Positions 62,385 to 64,000 of a stretch of DNA of 64,000 nt are shown in pieces. A program made the position numbers and the translations under genes. The stretch covers positions 806,001 to 870,000 of the forward strand of contig JAXLNO010000146.1 in assembly GCA_038087875.1 (NCBI GenBank), in the 5' to 3' direction. The number at the start of each line of letters is the position of its first letter. Positions within the stretch are counted from its first letter, which is position 1. The notes under the pieces were generated by a model. The model did not search any database and was not told the origin of the DNA. It was given only the letters and a program-made list of their open reading frames with translations. This DNA is from Malacoraja senta. Its lineage: Eukaryota.

Positions 62385-64000
62385 AAGAAGGAACTGCAGA
62401 TGCTGGAAAATCGAAGGTACACAAAAATGCTGGAGAAACTCAGCAGGTGCAGCAGCATCTATGGAGCGAAGGAAATAGGCAACGTTTCGGGCCGAAACCC
62501 TTCTTCAGACTGATAGGGGGTGGGGAGAAGAAACAAAAAAAGGCAGAGGAGGAGCCCGAGGGCTGGGAGGAGACAACCAGAGGGCTGATGAAGGGAAGGG
62601 GACAGCAAGGGCTAGCAGAGTTGGGAGAATTCGATGTTCATGCCCCCAGGATGTAGACTGCCCAAGCGGAATATGAGGTGCATTTCCTCCAATTTCCGGT
62701 GTTGCTCGCAGTGGCCATGGAGGAGACCCAGGACAGAGAGGTCAGATACGGAATGGGAGGGGGAGTTGAAGTGCTAAGCCACCGGGAGGTCAGGTAGGTT
62801 ATTGCGGACCGACCGGAGGTGTTCGGCGAAACGAACGCCAAGCCTCTGCTTGGTCTCACCGATGTAGATCAGCTGACATCTAGAGCAGCGGATGCAATAG
62901 ATGAGGTTGGAGGAGATGCAGGTGAACCTCTGTTTCACCTGGAACGACTGCTTGGGTCCTTGAATGGAATCGAGGGGGGAGGTGAAGGGACAAGAGTTGC
63001 ATCTCTTGCGGTTGCAAGGGAAAGTACCCGGGGAGGGGGTGGTACGGGAGGGAAGGGAAGAATTGACAAGGGAGTTATGGAGGGAGCGGTCTTTGCGGAA
63101 GGCAGACATGGGGGGAGATGGGAAGTCGTGGGGTCATGTTGGAGGTGGCGAAACTGACGGAGGATCACTTTTTGTATGTGACGGCTGGAGGGATGAAAGG
63201 TGAGGACTAGGGGGACTCTGCCCTTGTTGTGAGTGGGGGGATGGGGAGAGAGAGCAGTGTTGTGGGGTATGGCAGAGACCCTGGTGCGAGCCTCATCTAT
63301 GGTGGAGGAGGGGAACCCCCGTTCCCTGAAGAATGAGGAAATTTCGGATGCCCTGGTATGAAACGCCTCATCCTGGGAGCAGATGCGGCGTAAATGGAGG
63401 AATTGAGAGTGGGGGATGGAGTCCTTACAGGAAGCAGGGTGGGAAGAAGTGTAGTCCAGATAGCCATGGGAGTCGGTAGGTTTGTAGTGGATGTCGGTAT
63501 GAAGTCTATCACCTGCGATGGAGACAGTGAGGTCAAGGAATGGTAGGGAAGTGTCAGAAATGGTCCAGGTGTATTTGAGTGCCGGATGGAAGTTGGTGGT
63601 GAAGCGGATGAAGTCAGTCAGTTGTGTGTGGGTGCAGGATGTGGCACCAAAACAGTCATCGATGTAGCGGAGGTAGAGGTCGGGGATGGGGCCCTGGTAC
63701 GTATTGAACAAGGATTGTTCTACGTACCCGACAAAGAGGCAGGCGTAGCTGGGGCCCATGCGTGTGCCCATAGCTATGCCTTGTATTTGGAGGAAATGGG
63801 AGGAGTCAAATGAGAAGTTATTGAGGGTAAGGACCAGCTCCGCTAGGCGGAGGAGGGTGTCAGTGGCCGGGTATAGGTTGCTTCTTCGGTCAAGGAAAAC
63901 CGGAGGTCTTCGAGACCATCCTGGTGGGGGTTGGAGGTGTACAATGACTGGATGTCCATGGTGAAGATGAGGGGGTGAGGGCCTAGAGAGTGGAATGCGC
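62385..64000 (-). mobile_element. Penelope-like retroelement, second copy, runs off the window end
   Basis: MGTRMGPSYACLFVGYVE...YLRYIDDCFG (RT) and IYCIRCSRCQLIYIGETKQRL (GIY-YIG). Very similar to 2432-4090. Confidence 0.92.
62478..62513 (-). ncRNA. Minimal type I hammerhead ribozyme-like motif in the Penelope terminal repeat
   Basis: CUGAAGA-A-GGGU(UUCG)GCCC-GAAAC-GUU; stem I is only ~2 bp. Confidence 0.5.

Overview
Repeat-dense vertebrate DNA. The mix of CR1 LINEs, HE1-type V-SINEs, Penelope and Rex1 elements points to a cartilaginous fish, probably a skate or ray (inference). The main host feature is absent from the ORF track as a unit: a spliced, minus-strand RalGDS/RGL-family (RGL1-like) gene. 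Five phase-compatible coding exons can be assembled (45568-44374, 35133-34897, 30194-30083, 26909-26820, 15111-14999), with a polyA signal at 14817-14822 and an intact Ras-association (RA) domain. The most striking result is that the 1.2-kb 'minisatellite' at 44374-45568 behaves as a real coding exon. It has canonical splice sites, the expected intron phases and RGL1-like ends (LFSD...DTPEELQRK), but its interior is expanded into ~390 codons of DTGTDNI/AADNI repeats. The gene also appears to carry an extra 11.7-kb intron inside what I recall as the single terminal exon of RGL1, and no RasGEF exon is recognisable in the 18 kb upstream. That extra intron holds a nested transposon stack: BEL/Pao > Gypsy > a P-type MITE, a 7-bp-TSD TIR element, Rex1 and CR1. 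A second, unidentified minus-strand gene probably starts at a CpG-rich promoter near 9.4 kb. All comparisons to human RGL1 are from memory and need confirmation by alignment.
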